DNA of 64,000 nt, taken from Lophium mytilinum (lineage: Eukaryota). A model generated the notes under the pieces. That model did no database searches and had not been told where the DNA came from. It was given only the letters and a program-made list of their open reading frames with translations. The stretch is taken from positions 1,312,801-1,376,800 of the forward strand of contig MU004184.1 of NCBI GenBank assembly GCA_010093605.1, read 5' to 3'. Of the stretch, positions 62,935 to 64,000 are shown piece after piece (the stretch's first letter is position 1; each line of letters starts with the position of its first letter). A program made the position numbers and the translations under genes.

Positions 62935-64000
62935 TTATTAGGCTCTCTTGGCTGAAGTAGTTCCTTAATTCCGTCGCGTTACCCTCGCGACCCCGCAATC
63001 ATCAAGATTTAATAAGACTAGTTTTAGTCAAAAGAGATCACAGGTATACCTACCCCACATCAACATATGCCGGCATCGTTACAATCTCGGCACGATGACG
63101 CGACGGCATTGACCGGTAGGCCAGTACCTGAGACAATAGTCAGATTCGGAGGTAAGGCGCACAGCTGGTAGGTGCCGAGAGCATCTTCGGAGCAAGTCCT
63201 GGAGTCTGGGTTGCAGGTCATCGATCCGACTGGGTGGGTTTCGCGGCATACCGAAAACCTTAAACGATCCGAAGCCAAGGTGCTGTGTGCTCTTCATATG
63301 CAGTTGAAGCTACCAGCATAGTTGTATGCCGGTCCAGGACTGATAAAGCCGCATGAGGCTGGGTGTCATGACCTAGGAGTGGAAAGTTCCTCACTTCTAA
63401 AGCAGCAACTCACGGGCTTAGGCTAGGATACATTTAAGCATCCTATGGAGAGTAATCGAAGCCGCAGGGACCTGAGGCCAGTAGCAACTCTATCACGTGA
63501 TAGTGGATACTACAGTTCGATCTGAAATGCTAAAAGTCTCTCGGCATTTCTTAGTGAATCATACTCCTTCCGACGACAGCAGGATTATGGCATGCTGGTC
63601 CCTAACAAGCGGAGTAAGTGAGGCTGAGAAATGGTAAACCGCACGTACAAATAGCAAAGCCCAGGGAGTACGATCTAGCTCTTCGTCTTGTTATCTAGTG
63701 ATAACAGTATTATTGGTGGAAAACGGCAACCGCCTACGGAAATGCGGGATACAAATCAGGGGATATAAACACGTCCTCAAGGTGGACACGGCGACTGTTT
63801 TGCCCAAAAAAGAGAACACGAAGTGTCGTTTCCTCTGCTCGTTTCTTGACTTCGTCCACGAACTACCACTTCACCAACCACTCTCCTTTCATGATGCTCC
63901 ACACAGGCCCTTCCAGCCTCAAAATATCAACCTCACATCCCCTCCTGCTCCATCTTGGGTATCTCTTTAGGTCTCGCGCAGAGCCTTGCGTGCTTGGAGT

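Noticed and set aside
63891..64000. Possible gene start at the right edge (ATGATGCTC..., TATA-like sequence near 63763)
   Set aside because: Too short and without motifs to support a call; needs the next window.

Overview
A gene-dense window of a filamentous ascomycete genome (Pezizomycotina, Dothideomycete-like), judged from its short GT-AG introns with CTRAC branch sites. About 22 protein-coding genes can be supported. Housekeeping genes are FUM1, SMC5, KIN28/CDK7 and FYV4. Enzymes include a SAM methyltransferase, a histidine acid phosphatase, a GH3 beta-glucosidase, a cytochrome P450, an aspartic protease-like protein, a putative cyclase and a phosphotransferase. There are also a RING protein, a Zn2Cys6 factor, several secreted, GPI-anchored or membrane proteins, and repeat-containing hypothetical proteins. 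The most notable items are: (1) an unexplained, strongly structured minus-strand segment at about 25.1-25.6 kb, a candidate ncRNA with H/ACA-like boxes; (2) a 525-bp foldback element whose ~190-bp inverted arms enclose a GC3-rich coding-like fragment; (3) a three-gene module of an AttH/lipocalin-like protein, a cyclase-family hydrolase and an intronless bacterial-type phosphotransferase, with CreA-consensus-rich promoters; (4) a methyltransferase whose last exon lies beyond a 1.55-kb hairpin-rich intron; (5) a hypothetical protein with a Cif-like Cys-His-Gln pattern; (6) a frame break in the Zn2Cys6 gene. All family assignments come from recognising motifs by eye. No database searches or folding programs were run.
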